Assembly: GCF_020969955.1 (NCBI RefSeq)
Contig: NZ_JAHDSX010000037.1
Span: 1-23,980 of the forward strand
Origin: Allobaculum fili
Lineage (GTDB): Bacteria > Bacillota_I > Bacilli_A > Erysipelotrichales > Erysipelotrichaceae
Reading direction: 5' to 3'
DNA length: 23,980 nucleotides
The notes under the pieces are model-generated. The model ran no database searches and was not told the DNA's origin. It saw only the letters and a program-made list of their open reading frames with translations. The translations under genes were made by a program, and so were the position numbers. Shown piece by piece: positions 16,371 to 23,955 of the stretch (positions within the stretch are counted from its first letter, which is position 1; every line of letters begins with the position of its first letter).

Positions 16371-16709
16371 AAGGCCTTGTAAAAACTTTTTGATCACTTG
16401 TCTTTCCTCAGCTGGCAGTTCCATGAAGTCTCTGATGATTTTCATGTCCATTTGATCAAGATGGTATGTCGCAGCTAAGTTCTCAAGCATGTGTTCGGGT
16501 AGGGTTGTGAACATTTCACCTTCACCTGTCTCTAGCCAGCTAAGAGAAACACCGAATCGCTGGCATATGGCAGAAAGCATTTTTTTCGGTGGAGTTCTTA
16601 ATCCGCTTTCCCATGTATAGAGCGTCTGGCGAGTGATTGCAAGTTCATCAGCAAGCTGATCTTGTGTTAACCCTAGCTCTTTTCTAAGAGCTTTAATGCG
16701 TTCGTTCAT
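16347..16709 (-). CDS. XRE-family HTH transcriptional regulator (CI-like prophage repressor)
   Basis: IKALRKELGLTQDQLADELAITRQTLYTWESG is a classic HTH_3/XRE motif. ATG 16709 is preceded by AGGAGG. Divergent from the early operon. Confidence 0.85.
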   Translation of the reverse strand: MNERIKALRKELGLTQDQLADELAITRQTLYTWESGLRTPPKKMLSAICQRFGVSLSWLETGEGEMFTTLPEHMLENLAATYHLDQMDMKIIRDFMELPAEERQVIKKFLQGLVKEKEEA

Positions 16710-16729
16710 TATTCCCTCCTTTCGCATAT

Positions 16730-16758
16730 ATTATACGCTCTCTGATTTTGAATGTAAA
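16730..16758 (-). promoter_or_regulatory. repressor promoter
   Basis: On the minus strand: TTTACA (rc of 16753-16758), 17-nt spacer, TATAAT (rc of 16730-16735). Confidence 0.6.
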
Positions 16759-16800
16759 AAAAATCTTACATCTACATGCATTACGTTCTTGCATGTAAGA
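16753..16800. promoter_or_regulatory. operator-like inverted repeats in the immunity switch
   Basis: TGTAA/TTACA (16753-16757 / 16766-16770). TCTTACAT/ATGTAAGA (16764-16771 / 16793-16800). ACATGCA/TGCATGT (16774-16780 / 16790-16796). They overlap the -35 elements of both divergent promoters. Confidence 0.5.
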
Positions 16801-16817
16801 AAAATTATGGTTAATAT
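16789..16817 (+). promoter_or_regulatory. early (lytic) promoter
   Basis: TTGCAT (16789-16794), 17-nt spacer, TAATAT (16812-16817). AGGAGG and ATG 16847 lie downstream. Confidence 0.6.
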
Positions 16818-16846
16818 GTAATAGCAACATACATAGGAGGAAACAG

Positions 16847-17014
16847 ATGACAGCTAAAGAAGTAAAAGCGGCGATGACCGATGCTGTTGAGATGGCTAAG
16901 AAAATCGAGACACTTCCGGCTGATCTAAAAACCACTCTTGATGGTGTAATCACCGGAATGAAGCTGGCCCAGACAGTAAGAAGTCCTGACACAAAAAAAG
17001 GAGAAGAGAAATGA
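16847..17014 (+). CDS. first early-operon ORF, 55 aa hypothetical (not in the supplied ORF track)
   Basis: Hand translation: MTAKEVKAAMTDAVEMAKKIETLPADLKTTLDGVITGMKLAQTVRSPDTKKGEEK*. TAGGAGG lies 7 nt upstream. The stop overlaps the next start (ATGA). Confidence 0.65.
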   Translation: MTAKEVKAAMTDAVEMAKKIETLPADLKTTLDGVITGMKLAQTVRSPDTKKGEEK

Positions 17015-17142
17015 CAGCACTAGAGCTCTTCGCAAAGAACATTCTTCCGGAAATCAAGAAGTTCTACGAAGATCCGAAGAACCAGGCTGAATTCGAGGCT
17101 TGGAAAGCAAAGAGAGATGCTGAGAAAGGAGAAAGCAAATGA
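17011..17142 (+). CDS. 43-aa hypothetical early ORF (not in the supplied ORF track)
   Basis: MTALELFAKNILPEIKKFYEDPKNQAEFEAWKAKRDAEKGESK*. AAGGAG RBS. ATGA overlaps at both ends. Confidence 0.6.
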   Translation: MTALELFAKNILPEIKKFYEDPKNQAEFEAWKAKRDAEKGESK

Positions 17143-17429
17143 CAACAAACGGCTACCGCTGGATCTGGACCAGCAAAGATCACATCCTCGCGCACAATCC
17201 AGCTGCTCCTGATCCATGGGTCCTCTGGTCGAGAGACCGGGATGGAGATCCATGTAACGGAATCTACGGACAGACAGTCGAGGAAGCTGGTCTCTTCGAA
17301 ATCAAAGAAACCGCAATCCATCACAACGACGGACACGTCAGCATCAACAAGACAACGAAGGTCACTGGCAAGGGCCAGCAGTACTTCATTAACCGACTTG
17401 TAGGAGACACTCATGCGACGCAGAACTGA
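17139..17429 (+). CDS. hypothetical phage protein
   Basis: 96 aa. AAGGAG RBS. ATGA coupling to the upstream ORF. No family recognised. Confidence 0.7.
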   Translation: MTTNGYRWIWTSKDHILAHNPAAPDPWVLWSRDRDGDPCNGIYGQTVEEAGLFEIKETAIHHNDGHVSINKTTKVTGKGQQYFINRLVGDTHATQN

Positions 17430-17631
17430 CAGAACAAAAGCACTGACCAGAGCCGCCCACTTCCTCGGCGTGGTTTTCGCCCTGTCAGCGCTGGCCATGG
17501 CCGGCCTGATCGACGGCGAAAGAATCAACGGCGAACCATGCAGCATCTGGCTTTTCATGGCGGTATTCGCGATCGGATCCGCAAGCTACCTCGGATCCAT
17601 GGCGCTCAGCGACATGGTGGAAAGGGGATGA
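17413..17631 (+). CDS. small hypothetical membrane protein
   Basis: 72 aa with two hydrophobic helices. AGGAG lies 6 nt upstream. Overlaps the previous gene by 17 nt. Confidence 0.65.
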   Translation: MRRRTDRTKALTRAAHFLGVVFALSALAMAGLIDGERINGEPCSIWLFMAVFAIGSASYLGSMALSDMVERG

Positions 17632-17635
17632 GTCG

Positions 17636-17980
17636 ATGTCTACATATCGAATCCAGGTCACGTGGCTGGACACTGGAGAATGCTTTCCGTCCATCGCGAA
17701 GGCCGCAAGGCATATGCCGGTGAGCAGCGCATCGCTGAATAGAGCCTATCGCGGCGGTAAGAGCGAAGCATGCGGGCTGAGAGTTGCCTTCGAGGTTATC
17801 CAAGATGTGCGGGGCAACTTTCGACCAGTCAAAAATTTGACGACAGGAGAAACTTTCCCGTCACGTAGAGCCGCCGCTAAAGCCTGTGGTGGAAGTACCT
17901 CCGGGCTTTTCTACGCACTGAAGGAACAGCGCAGATACCGCGGACAGTGGTGGAGATACGCATCAAAAAAGCCCTTCTGA
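17636..17980 (+). CDS. DNA-binding protein with two tandem NUMOD1-like (homing-endonuclease-associated HTH) repeats and no nuclease domain
   Basis: Internal repeat TGECFPSIAKAARHMPVSSASLNRAYRGG / TGETFPSRRAAAKACGGSTSGLFYALKEQ...GQWWRYA. This matches the G-x-F-x-S-x-x-x-A-A ... GG-x-W-x-Y NUMOD1 pattern as I remember it. Confidence 0.6.
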   Translation: MSTYRIQVTWLDTGECFPSIAKAARHMPVSSASLNRAYRGGKSEACGLRVAFEVIQDVRGNFRPVKNLTTGETFPSRRAAAKACGGSTSGLFYALKEQRRYRGQWWRYASKKPF

Positions 17981-18018
17981 CGGCAATCAGAAGGACCAAT
18001 GCCGCTCGGCAAAGCGGC

Positions 18019-18047
18019 TTACATATAAAAATCAATCCAATTATAAC
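18019..18047 (+). promoter_or_regulatory. candidate internal promoter
   Basis: TTACAT (18019-24), 17-nt spacer, TATAAC (18042-47), in the only 80-nt gap of the early operon. Follows a GCCGCT/AGCGGC hairpin (18001-18018). Confidence 0.35.
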
Positions 18048-18060
18048 AGGAGGAATAGCA

Positions 18061-18438
18061 ATGAGAACAATTCTCAGGACAGCCGAATGCGCTGTCTCAG
18101 GTCTGGACTACGCTCAGGACCGAATCGAGGATCTGATCAAAGAAACGGATCGCGGCGATCTCAGCGTCGAAGAAGCCGGATGTCAGCTGTCGGTTATCCT
18201 CGATCATGTCGCCACGAATCAGGATTTCGCGAGAGAAGTCGCGGAGCGTATCCAGAAAATGACCGCCCGTCTCGGGCATATTGCGGAGTCTGTTGATCGG
18301 CTTTGCAGTGAACTGGAAGGCACGGATACCCTGATTGATGACGAAAACATTGAGGAGCTTATTCTGGACCCTCTGTGCTGGGTGAAGGAAAAGATTAACC
18401 AGTGCCGCTGGGAACTCGGCGTGAAAGGACTTGAATGA
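18061..18438 (+). CDS. hypothetical phage protein
   Basis: 125 aa from ATG 18061 with AGGAGG 6 nt upstream. The upstream part of track ORF 17947.. has no RBS. Confidence 0.7.
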   Translation: MRTILRTAECAVSGLDYAQDRIEDLIKETDRGDLSVEEAGCQLSVILDHVATNQDFAREVAERIQKMTARLGHIAESVDRLCSELEGTDTLIDDENIEELILDPLCWVKEKINQCRWELGVKGLE

Positions 18439-18680
18439 TGGCGGAGTTCATTGGAATCGTTGAACACGTCGCCACACTGGGGATACCTACCAGACGCGGC
18501 TATACCAAGCAGCTTAACTGGACGACCGTGAGAGATTACGAGTCGACCCAGCTTGATCTGCGCACCTGGGATGACCAGAACCGACCGCTTAAAGGAATCC
18601 GACTGACGGACAGGGAAGCCGAAGACCTCTATGAAGCCCTCAAAGGAATTTACGAAAGAAAGGAGAAGAGCGATGAATAA
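18435..18680 (+). CDS. YdbC/PC4-like single-stranded DNA-binding protein
   Basis: 81 aa. The pattern EFIGIVEHVATLG...GYTKQLNWTTVRDYESTQLDLRTWD...KGIRLTDREAEDLYEALK parallels bacterial PC4-like YdbC proteins as recalled from memory. ATGA coupling. Confidence 0.55.
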   Translation: MMAEFIGIVEHVATLGIPTRRGYTKQLNWTTVRDYESTQLDLRTWDDQNRPLKGIRLTDREAEDLYEALKGIYERKEKSDE

Positions 18681-18963
18681 CGAACTGCATGAAGCCTTGT
18701 GCTTTCTGATTGGGCAGATGCGTGAAAACAAAGAAGAGATTTCCCATCTGCTGGATGTGGCACAAAGCCAGCTGAAGAACCTGGATAGCCCTGATTTTTA
18801 TGAACCGCCAGAGCTGGTAAAGTTCATCTCCTGTGACACGGAAGATCTGAAAAATCTGGCAAACGACCTGCTGAGTTTGGCTGTTCTGGCGAATCTTGTC
18901 GCCGATCAGATGAAGAAAGAAGAGGAGAAGGCACATGGACCTGAAAATTGTGATCAGCGCTGA
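18673..18963 (+). CDS. hypothetical phage protein
   Basis: 96 aa from ATG 18673 (AAGGAG RBS). Looks helical and acidic. Confidence 0.65.
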   Translation: MNNELHEALCFLIGQMRENKEEISHLLDVAQSQLKNLDSPDFYEPPELVKFISCDTEDLKNLANDLLSLAVLANLVADQMKKEEEKAHGPENCDQR

Positions 18964-19402
18964 TGACAGCGCACTTGAGTTCTCCAGAAATCTTGGAAAG
19001 CTCATCGGCCAGTATATTAGCCAGGCTGATATTGAAGCCGGCCTCGCCGGGAAGGTAATCACGGCAACGATCGAGCCGGGCACGATGCCGTGGGAAGACA
19101 AAGTTGAAAAGGGCCTGCAGTACGCGGATCAGGCTCAGGCGGCTGGTGAAGCCGTCGCCAAAGCGGCGATCGAGAAGCATGAACAGGAAATCAAGGCCGC
19201 CGCAACAGAACAGGCGACAGCGATTACACTGGATGAGCTTCGCGACCTGGCCAGAAAGGTCAGTGATCGGGCCGGATCCAGCACGCCGGTCCGCACCTGC
19301 TTCCAGAGTGTCGGAGTGGCCAACCTCAAGAACGAGAAAGGCGTCCCGGTCGAAAAGCGGGAGCTGCTTAAAAAGGCACTCGAGGACTGCTTACATGCCT
19401 GA
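18935..19402 (+). CDS. hypothetical phage protein
   Basis: 155 aa. GAGGAG RBS. The C-terminal ITLDELRDLARKV...VR segment resembles a domain common next to DUF2800 genes in Firmicutes prophages (from memory). Confidence 0.7.
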   Translation: MDLKIVISADDSALEFSRNLGKLIGQYISQADIEAGLAGKVITATIEPGTMPWEDKVEKGLQYADQAQAAGEAVAKAAIEKHEQEIKAAATEQATAITLDELRDLARKVSDRAGSSTPVRTCFQSVGVANLKNEKGVPVEKRELLKKALEDCLHA

Positions 19403-20531
19403 TAAGCACGCCCTGCTTTCTGCGTCAGGCTCCAGCCGGTGGCTGCACTGTCCGCCATCGGCTCTGCTTGCCGCGGAGTTTAAGGAAAAACCGAGTCCAT
19501 ACGCCGGCGAGGGAACAAAAGCCCATGCCATGGCTGAGAAGAAACTCCGCACCTGGCTGGCGACGGGAAAGCGTCCAGACATGGACGAGGGCGACAAGGC
19601 GATGGATGAGTACACGTCGGCCTACGCCGACTACTGCATCGAGGTTTTTAACAGTACCAAGGCCAAAGCCCCCGACGCTGAAATGGAGATCGAAGTCATG
19701 TTGTCCTACTCGGACTATGTTTCGGGCGGCTTTGGCTCCGGCGACTGTGTCATCACATCCGGCGACGTTGCCCACGTCCTGGACCTCAAATACGGCAAGG
19801 GCGTGAAGGTCGAAGCCGAAGGCAACAGCCAGCTCCGCTTGTACGGTCTCGGTTTGATACAGAGATATTACTGGCTCAAAGGATTTGAATCCATCGAGAT
19901 GCACATCATTCAGCCGAGGCTTGATCACATTGCAACGGCTCGCATGAGCCGTGCCGATCTGGAGGCATGGGCGGAAAACGAAGTCCGCCCGATCGCCAAT
20001 CTGGCATCAACCGGACAGGGCAATTTCAAGGCGGGCGAGTGGTGCCGCTTCTGCAACGCGAAAGGCGCCTGCAAGGCAAGAGCCGAGATTGCAGCCAAAG
20101 AGCTTGCGGGATATGAGCAGTGCCAGCCGGAAAGCCTCGATCCGAAAACACTGGCCGAGATCCTCGGCAAGGCCGACGCATGGGCTTCATGGATTGAGGA
20201 TGTCAAGAAGTACGCGCTTGATGAAGCGCTGCACGGAGCGGTGGTACCTGGATGGAAGCTGGTGGCCGGAACCGCAAGAAGGACCATCACCGACCCTAAA
20301 AAGCTTGCCGCCGTTCTGGAAAGCGGAGGCTATACGGACATCTGGAAGCCGGTACAAATGAAGCCGCTGACCGACCTTGAAAAGATGGTCGGCAAAAAGA
20401 CCTTTGGAGAGCTGGCCAAAGGTCTGATCCACAAACCAGCCGGAAAGCCGACGCTGGTACCCGCATCAGACAAAAGAAAAGAGCTGTCGTCCGTAGAAGA
20501 CGACTTCAAAGGAGTGAACGAAGATGAGTAA
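19395..20531 (+). CDS. DUF2800-family PD-(D/E)XK nuclease with a Cas4-like cysteine cluster
   Basis: 378 aa from ATG 19395 (MPDKHALLSASGSSRWLHCP). D...DLKYGKG nuclease motif. Cys at WLHC plus CRFCNAKGAC suggest a 4Fe-4S cluster. The longer track ORF from 19104 is an Arg-rich out-of-frame overlap with the preceding gene. Confidence 0.8.
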   Translation: MPDKHALLSASGSSRWLHCPPSALLAAEFKEKPSPYAGEGTKAHAMAEKKLRTWLATGKRPDMDEGDKAMDEYTSAYADYCIEVFNSTKAKAPDAEMEIEVMLSYSDYVSGGFGSGDCVITSGDVAHVLDLKYGKGVKVEAEGNSQLRLYGLGLIQRYYWLKGFESIEMHIIQPRLDHIATARMSRADLEAWAENEVRPIANLASTGQGNFKAGEWCRFCNAKGACKARAEIAAKELAGYEQCQPESLDPKTLAEILGKADAWASWIEDVKKYALDEALHGAVVPGWKLVAGTARRTITDPKKLAAVLESGGYTDIWKPVQMKPLTDLEKMVGKKTFGELAKGLIHKPAGKPTLVPASDKRKELSSVEDDFKGVNEDE

Positions 20532-21084
20532 CACAAAAGTCCGCACAGGCAAAAAAACACGTTGGAGCTATGCCAACATCCTCGAGCCCAAGAGCATCAA
20601 CGGCTCGGAACCGAAATACTCGGTCAGCCTGATCATCCCGAAGGCCGACACCAAAACAGTCGATGCGATTCAGAAAGCCATCAGGGCGGCCTATGACGAA
20701 GGACTGTCCAAGCTGAAGGGAAACGGCAAGTCGGCTCCGGCGTTTGAAACACTGAAAAAACCGCTCAGGGACGGAGACCTCGAACGGCCGGGCGATGAGG
20801 CATACGCAAACAGCTACTTCATCAACGCGAACTCGGCAAGAAGACCGCAGGTCGTTGACCGCAACCTTGAGCCAATCGCAGATCCGGATGAAGCCTATTC
20901 CGGCTGCTACGGACCGGTGACCGTGAATTTCTACGCCTTCAACACGAGCGGAAACAAAGGCATCGCCGCTGGCCTTGGGAACCTTCTGAAATGGGCCGAC
21001 GGCGAAAGACTGGACGGCTCGTCCACGGCGACGACTGATTTCGCAGATCTGGAAGACGACGACGAAGACGACCTTGGCTTCTAG
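20524..21084 (+). CDS. DUF2815-family phage ssDNA-binding-like protein
   Basis: N-terminal VRTGKKTRWSYANILEPK is typical of DUF2815. The acidic C-terminal tip DLEDDDEDDLGF resembles SSB tails. AAGGAG RBS. Confidence 0.8.
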   Translation: MSNTKVRTGKKTRWSYANILEPKSINGSEPKYSVSLIIPKADTKTVDAIQKAIRAAYDEGLSKLKGNGKSAPAFETLKKPLRDGDLERPGDEAYANSYFINANSARRPQVVDRNLEPIADPDEAYSGCYGPVTVNFYAFNTSGNKGIAAGLGNLLKWADGERLDGSSTATTDFADLEDDDEDDLGF

Positions 21085-21092
21085 GTGCCGAT

Positions 21093-23003
21093 ATGCAGGA
21101 ACTGCATATCGATCTTGAAACGTATTCATCGGTAGACATCAAGCTGGGTGTCTACCGATATTCGAAAAGCGAGGATTTCGAAATCCTGCTTTTCGCTTAC
21201 TCGACAGATGGCGATCCGGTGAGGGTCGTCGATCTGTCATCCGGTGAGGCAGTGCCCGACGAAATCGTCGAGGCACTGGCCGATCCGGCAGTAACGAAGA
21301 TTGCCCACAACGCGGCTTTCGAAAGGGTCTGTCTCTCTCGATGGCTTGGCGTTGATGGCTTCTTACCGCCCGAACAGTGGAAGTGCACGATGGTTTGGGC
21401 GCTGTCCTGCGGACTGCCCGCCACTTTGAAAATGGTTGGAAAGGCGCTAGGGATTGAAAAACAGAAGTTCGAAACCGGCACGCAGGGCATCCAGCATTTC
21501 TGCAAGCCTTACAGGGGAAAGCGAAAATACCCGAACGAAGACCCCGAAAGATGGGCCGAGTTTAAGAGGTACAACGTACGCGACGTGGAAGCCGAGATGG
21601 AAATACATAGCCGGCTGAAAAAGATCGCAACCCCTCCGCCGAGGGAATGGCAGCTTTACTGGCTTGACCAGCACATCAACGACCGGGGAATTGGCGTAGA
21701 TATGGAGCTGGTTGAAGCGGTGCAGCGCATGAGAGCCGAAGAAACTGAACGTCTGCTTGCTGATGCTGAAAAGATCGCACCAGGCCTAAACATCAAGTCG
21801 AACCCGCAGATGCGCGAATGGCTTGCCGGCAAGGGTGTCGAGATGGACAGTCTGGCAAAAGACGTTGTCGGCGACTGGATCAACAGCGCGCCAGACTGCG
21901 AGGCGAAGCAACTGCTCATCGTCCGAGCCGGAGCGGCTAAAACTAGTCTTAAAAAATACGACGTACTACAGGAAGCGCAGGTGGATGGCCGGATCCGCGG
22001 ATTGTTTCAGTTTAACGGAGCGGGCCGGACGGGCCGATGGTCGGGAAGGATGTTCCAGCCGCAGAACATCCCCCGCCCGACTTATGAGGATCATGAAAAT
22101 CTCCGGCCTTTAGTCAAAGCCGGAGATCTGGAATCCGTAAAGGCGGCGGGATTTGATGACAGCATGGAGGCTTTTTCCTCAGTGCTGCGTACTGCGCTGG
22201 TGCCTGCAAAAGGCAAATGCTTCTGCGTGGCTGACTACTCGGCGATCGAGTGCCGTGTTGTCGCATGGCTGGCAGATCAGGACTGGGTTCTCCAGGCTTT
22301 CGCCGATCGCAAAGATATCTACTGCGAAACTGCATCCAAGATGTTCGGCGTTCCCGTCGTCAAGCATGGCGAAAACGGCCATCTTCGCAGTAAAGGAAAG
22401 GTCGCAACCCTCGCCTGCGGATACGGCGGAGGCGTTAGGGCGATGCTCAAGATAGGCGGCGCCCGCATGGGCCTGACTAAGGAAGAAATGCAGGAGGCGG
22501 TCGACCGATGGAGAGAAGCGAACCCGCGAATCAAAGGCTTATGGGCCCGCTATGAAAACGCCGCCCGCTCCGCCATCCAGAAGCCCGGCACTGTGAGTCT
22601 CCCTCACGGCGTCAGTTTTACAAGACACGGCTCCTGTCTTTATGTCGGTCTGCCGTCTGGCCGGTCGCTGATCTACCAGAGCGCGCGACTGGATAAAGGA
22701 AAGATCGTCTTTGATGGCCTCGGAAAGTCGAAGCAGTGGCAGCCAATAGAGACGTGGGGCGGCACCCTCGTCGAGAACGTCACGCAGGCCGTGGCCCGTG
22801 ATTGTCTGGCCGCCGCCTTGCTCCGGCTTGAAGAAGCCGGCCTGCCTGTTGTCGGGCACATTCATGACGAGGTCATCGTTGAGTGCGACCGACCGGAACA
22901 GCTGGAAGACGTAGAGCGGCTGATGGGAAAAAGCCTTCCATGGGCGCCCGGCCTTGAGCTGAGGGCCGAGGGCTTCTCCGGCAGTTACTACCGAAAAGAC
23001 TGA
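21093..23003 (+). CDS. family A DNA polymerase with an N-terminal 3'-5' exonuclease domain
   Basis: Exo I: IDLETYS. Motif A: VADYSAIECRV. Motif B: RSKGKVATLACGYGGG. Motif C: GHIHDEVIVE. Confidence 0.9.
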   Translation: MQELHIDLETYSSVDIKLGVYRYSKSEDFEILLFAYSTDGDPVRVVDLSSGEAVPDEIVEALADPAVTKIAHNAAFERVCLSRWLGVDGFLPPEQWKCTMVWALSCGLPATLKMVGKALGIEKQKFETGTQGIQHFCKPYRGKRKYPNEDPERWAEFKRYNVRDVEAEMEIHSRLKKIATPPPREWQLYWLDQHINDRGIGVDMELVEAVQRMRAEETERLLADAEKIAPGLNIKSNPQMREWLAGKGVEMDSLAKDVVGDWINSAPDCEAKQLLIVRAGAAKTSLKKYDVLQEAQVDGRIRGLFQFNGAGRTGRWSGRMFQPQNIPRPTYEDHENLRPLVKAGDLESVKAAGFDDSMEAFSSVLRTALVPAKGKCFCVADYSAIECRVVAWLADQDWVLQAFADRKDIYCETASKMFGVPVVKHGENGHLRSKGKVATLACGYGGGVRAMLKIGGARMGLTKEEMQEAVDRWREANPRIKGLWARYENAARSAIQKPGTVSLPHGVSFTRHGSCLYVGLPSGRSLIYQSARLDKGKIVFDGLGKSKQWQPIETWGGTLVENVTQAVARDCLAAALLRLEEAGLPVVGHIHDEVIVECDRPEQLEDVERLMGKSLPWAPGLELRAEGFSGSYYRKD

Positions 23004-23026
23004 AAGCAACAAGGGGGGGAGAAGAA

Positions 23027-23896
23027 ATGGAAAATTTCACAATATCGGTCTGCTCGCGGGCTTCTCAGAAAAGATATCGGGAGCAGACCTGCGCATGGCC
23101 GGAATTTGTTGACAGTCTGCGGCAGCCTTACCGATCACGGGAGACCGTCAAGGAATACAGGCGGATGAGTAAAAAGGACAGGTTTGCAGCTAAAGACGGG
23201 CCCGGATTTCTCGCAGGAACGCTGAGTGACCGGATTCGAAAGAATGGCCACGTCAAAGATCGCACCATGATCTGCCTGGATCTGGATAACGGGCCCAGCG
23301 GATTTGAAGAGCGGCTCAAGGACTTTCCCTATCAATACTGTGCGTACACCACGCACAGCCATACGCCGGAGGAACCAAGGTGGCGTCTGATGATCCCGCT
23401 GGATGCTCCGGTCACTGATCCGGACGCCTACACGGCGGCAGCTCGAAAAATCGCTGACTACTGGTTTGACATCGAATGGTTCGATGACACGACCTACCAG
23501 CCGGCCCGCATGATGTACTACCCGTCGTGCCCGAAGGATGGCGAATACCGGCTGCTCGAGGGCAGAAGCGACGCTCCGTTTATCAGCGCGGACGATGTGC
23601 TGGAGCTGTACGAAACGGACTGGCATGACGCAATTGCATGGCCGACCAGCTCGAGAGAGGAAAGAGCGCACAGCACGACAAGTGGCAAGGCTAAGGATCC
23701 TCTCTCGAAGTCCGGCCTGATTGGAACGTTCTGCCGGGCTTACACGGTTCAGGAAGCCATCGACGAGTTTCTGCCCGATGTCTATGTACCTACGGATAGC
23801 GCAAACCGCTACACCTACGCCGAGGGCTCCGCCTTTGGCGGTCTGGTGGTCTACAATGTCATTAAGTTAAGATTTCTCAGACCACATCAGCGTTAA
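23027..23896 (+). CDS. N-terminal archaeo-eukaryotic-type primase domain of a primase/VirE-like replication protein, apparently truncated
   Basis: LDLDN (DxD) and YTTHSHTPEEPRWRLMIPL (sxH) primase motifs. GGGGGAG RBS. The frame ends at VVYNVIKLRFLRPHQR*, where composition changes abruptly. The P-loop/VirE C-terminal half expected from homologues is absent. Confidence 0.75.
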   Translation: MENFTISVCSRASQKRYREQTCAWPEFVDSLRQPYRSRETVKEYRRMSKKDRFAAKDGPGFLAGTLSDRIRKNGHVKDRTMICLDLDNGPSGFEERLKDFPYQYCAYTTHSHTPEEPRWRLMIPLDAPVTDPDAYTAAARKIADYWFDIEWFDDTTYQPARMMYYPSCPKDGEYRLLEGRSDAPFISADDVLELYETDWHDAIAWPTSSREERAHSTTSGKAKDPLSKSGLIGTFCRAYTVQEAIDEFLPDVYVPTDSANRYTYAEGSAFGGLVVYNVIKLRFLRPHQR

Positions 23897-23916
23897 GCAG
23901 TGATGTGGTCTTTTTT
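23879..23916 (+). terminator. strong intrinsic terminator
   Basis: AGACCACATCA (23879-23889) pairs with TGATGTGGTCT (23901-23911), followed by TTTTTT. Confidence 0.8.
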
Positions 23917-23934
23917 CTACTCTTCAAGTCAAAT

Positions 23935-23955
23935 CTCGAATGATTCGAGTTTTTT
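23935..23955 (+). terminator. second tandem terminator-like hairpin
   Basis: CTCGAA-tga-TTCGAG followed by TTTTTT. Confidence 0.5.

Larger units (their letters stand above)
14461..23866. mobile_element. left arm of an integrated prophage-like element (serine integrase, immunity switch, early genes, replication module). Right end not visible or deleted.
   Basis: Order of integrase, XRE repressor, divergent promoters and polycistronic early operon with ATGA-coupled genes. Composition differs from the host flank. The left boundary is only approximate (14.46-14.64 kb). Confidence 0.8.

Noticed and set aside
19104-19394. Upstream extension of the DUF2800 ORF starting at 19104
   Set aside because: The 97 extra residues are extremely Arg/Ser-rich and overlap out of frame with the well-supported gene 18935-19402. 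ATG 19395 gives the canonical MPDKHALLSASG N-terminus.
21093-23003. Possibility that the PolA is a DpoZ-type polymerase marking a 2-aminoadenine (Z) genome
   Set aside because: No purZ, datZ or mazZ-like genes are visible in the window, and I cannot distinguish DpoZ from ordinary phage PolA by eye.
17020-23671. Numerous minus-strand ORFs within the early and replication operon (for example 17064-17558, 18219-18731, 18640-19101, 19425-19928, 20506-21129, 22539-23012, 23135-23671)
   Set aside because: They are antisense shadows of a GC-rich, tightly packed plus-strand operon. None has an RBS or a recognisable motif.
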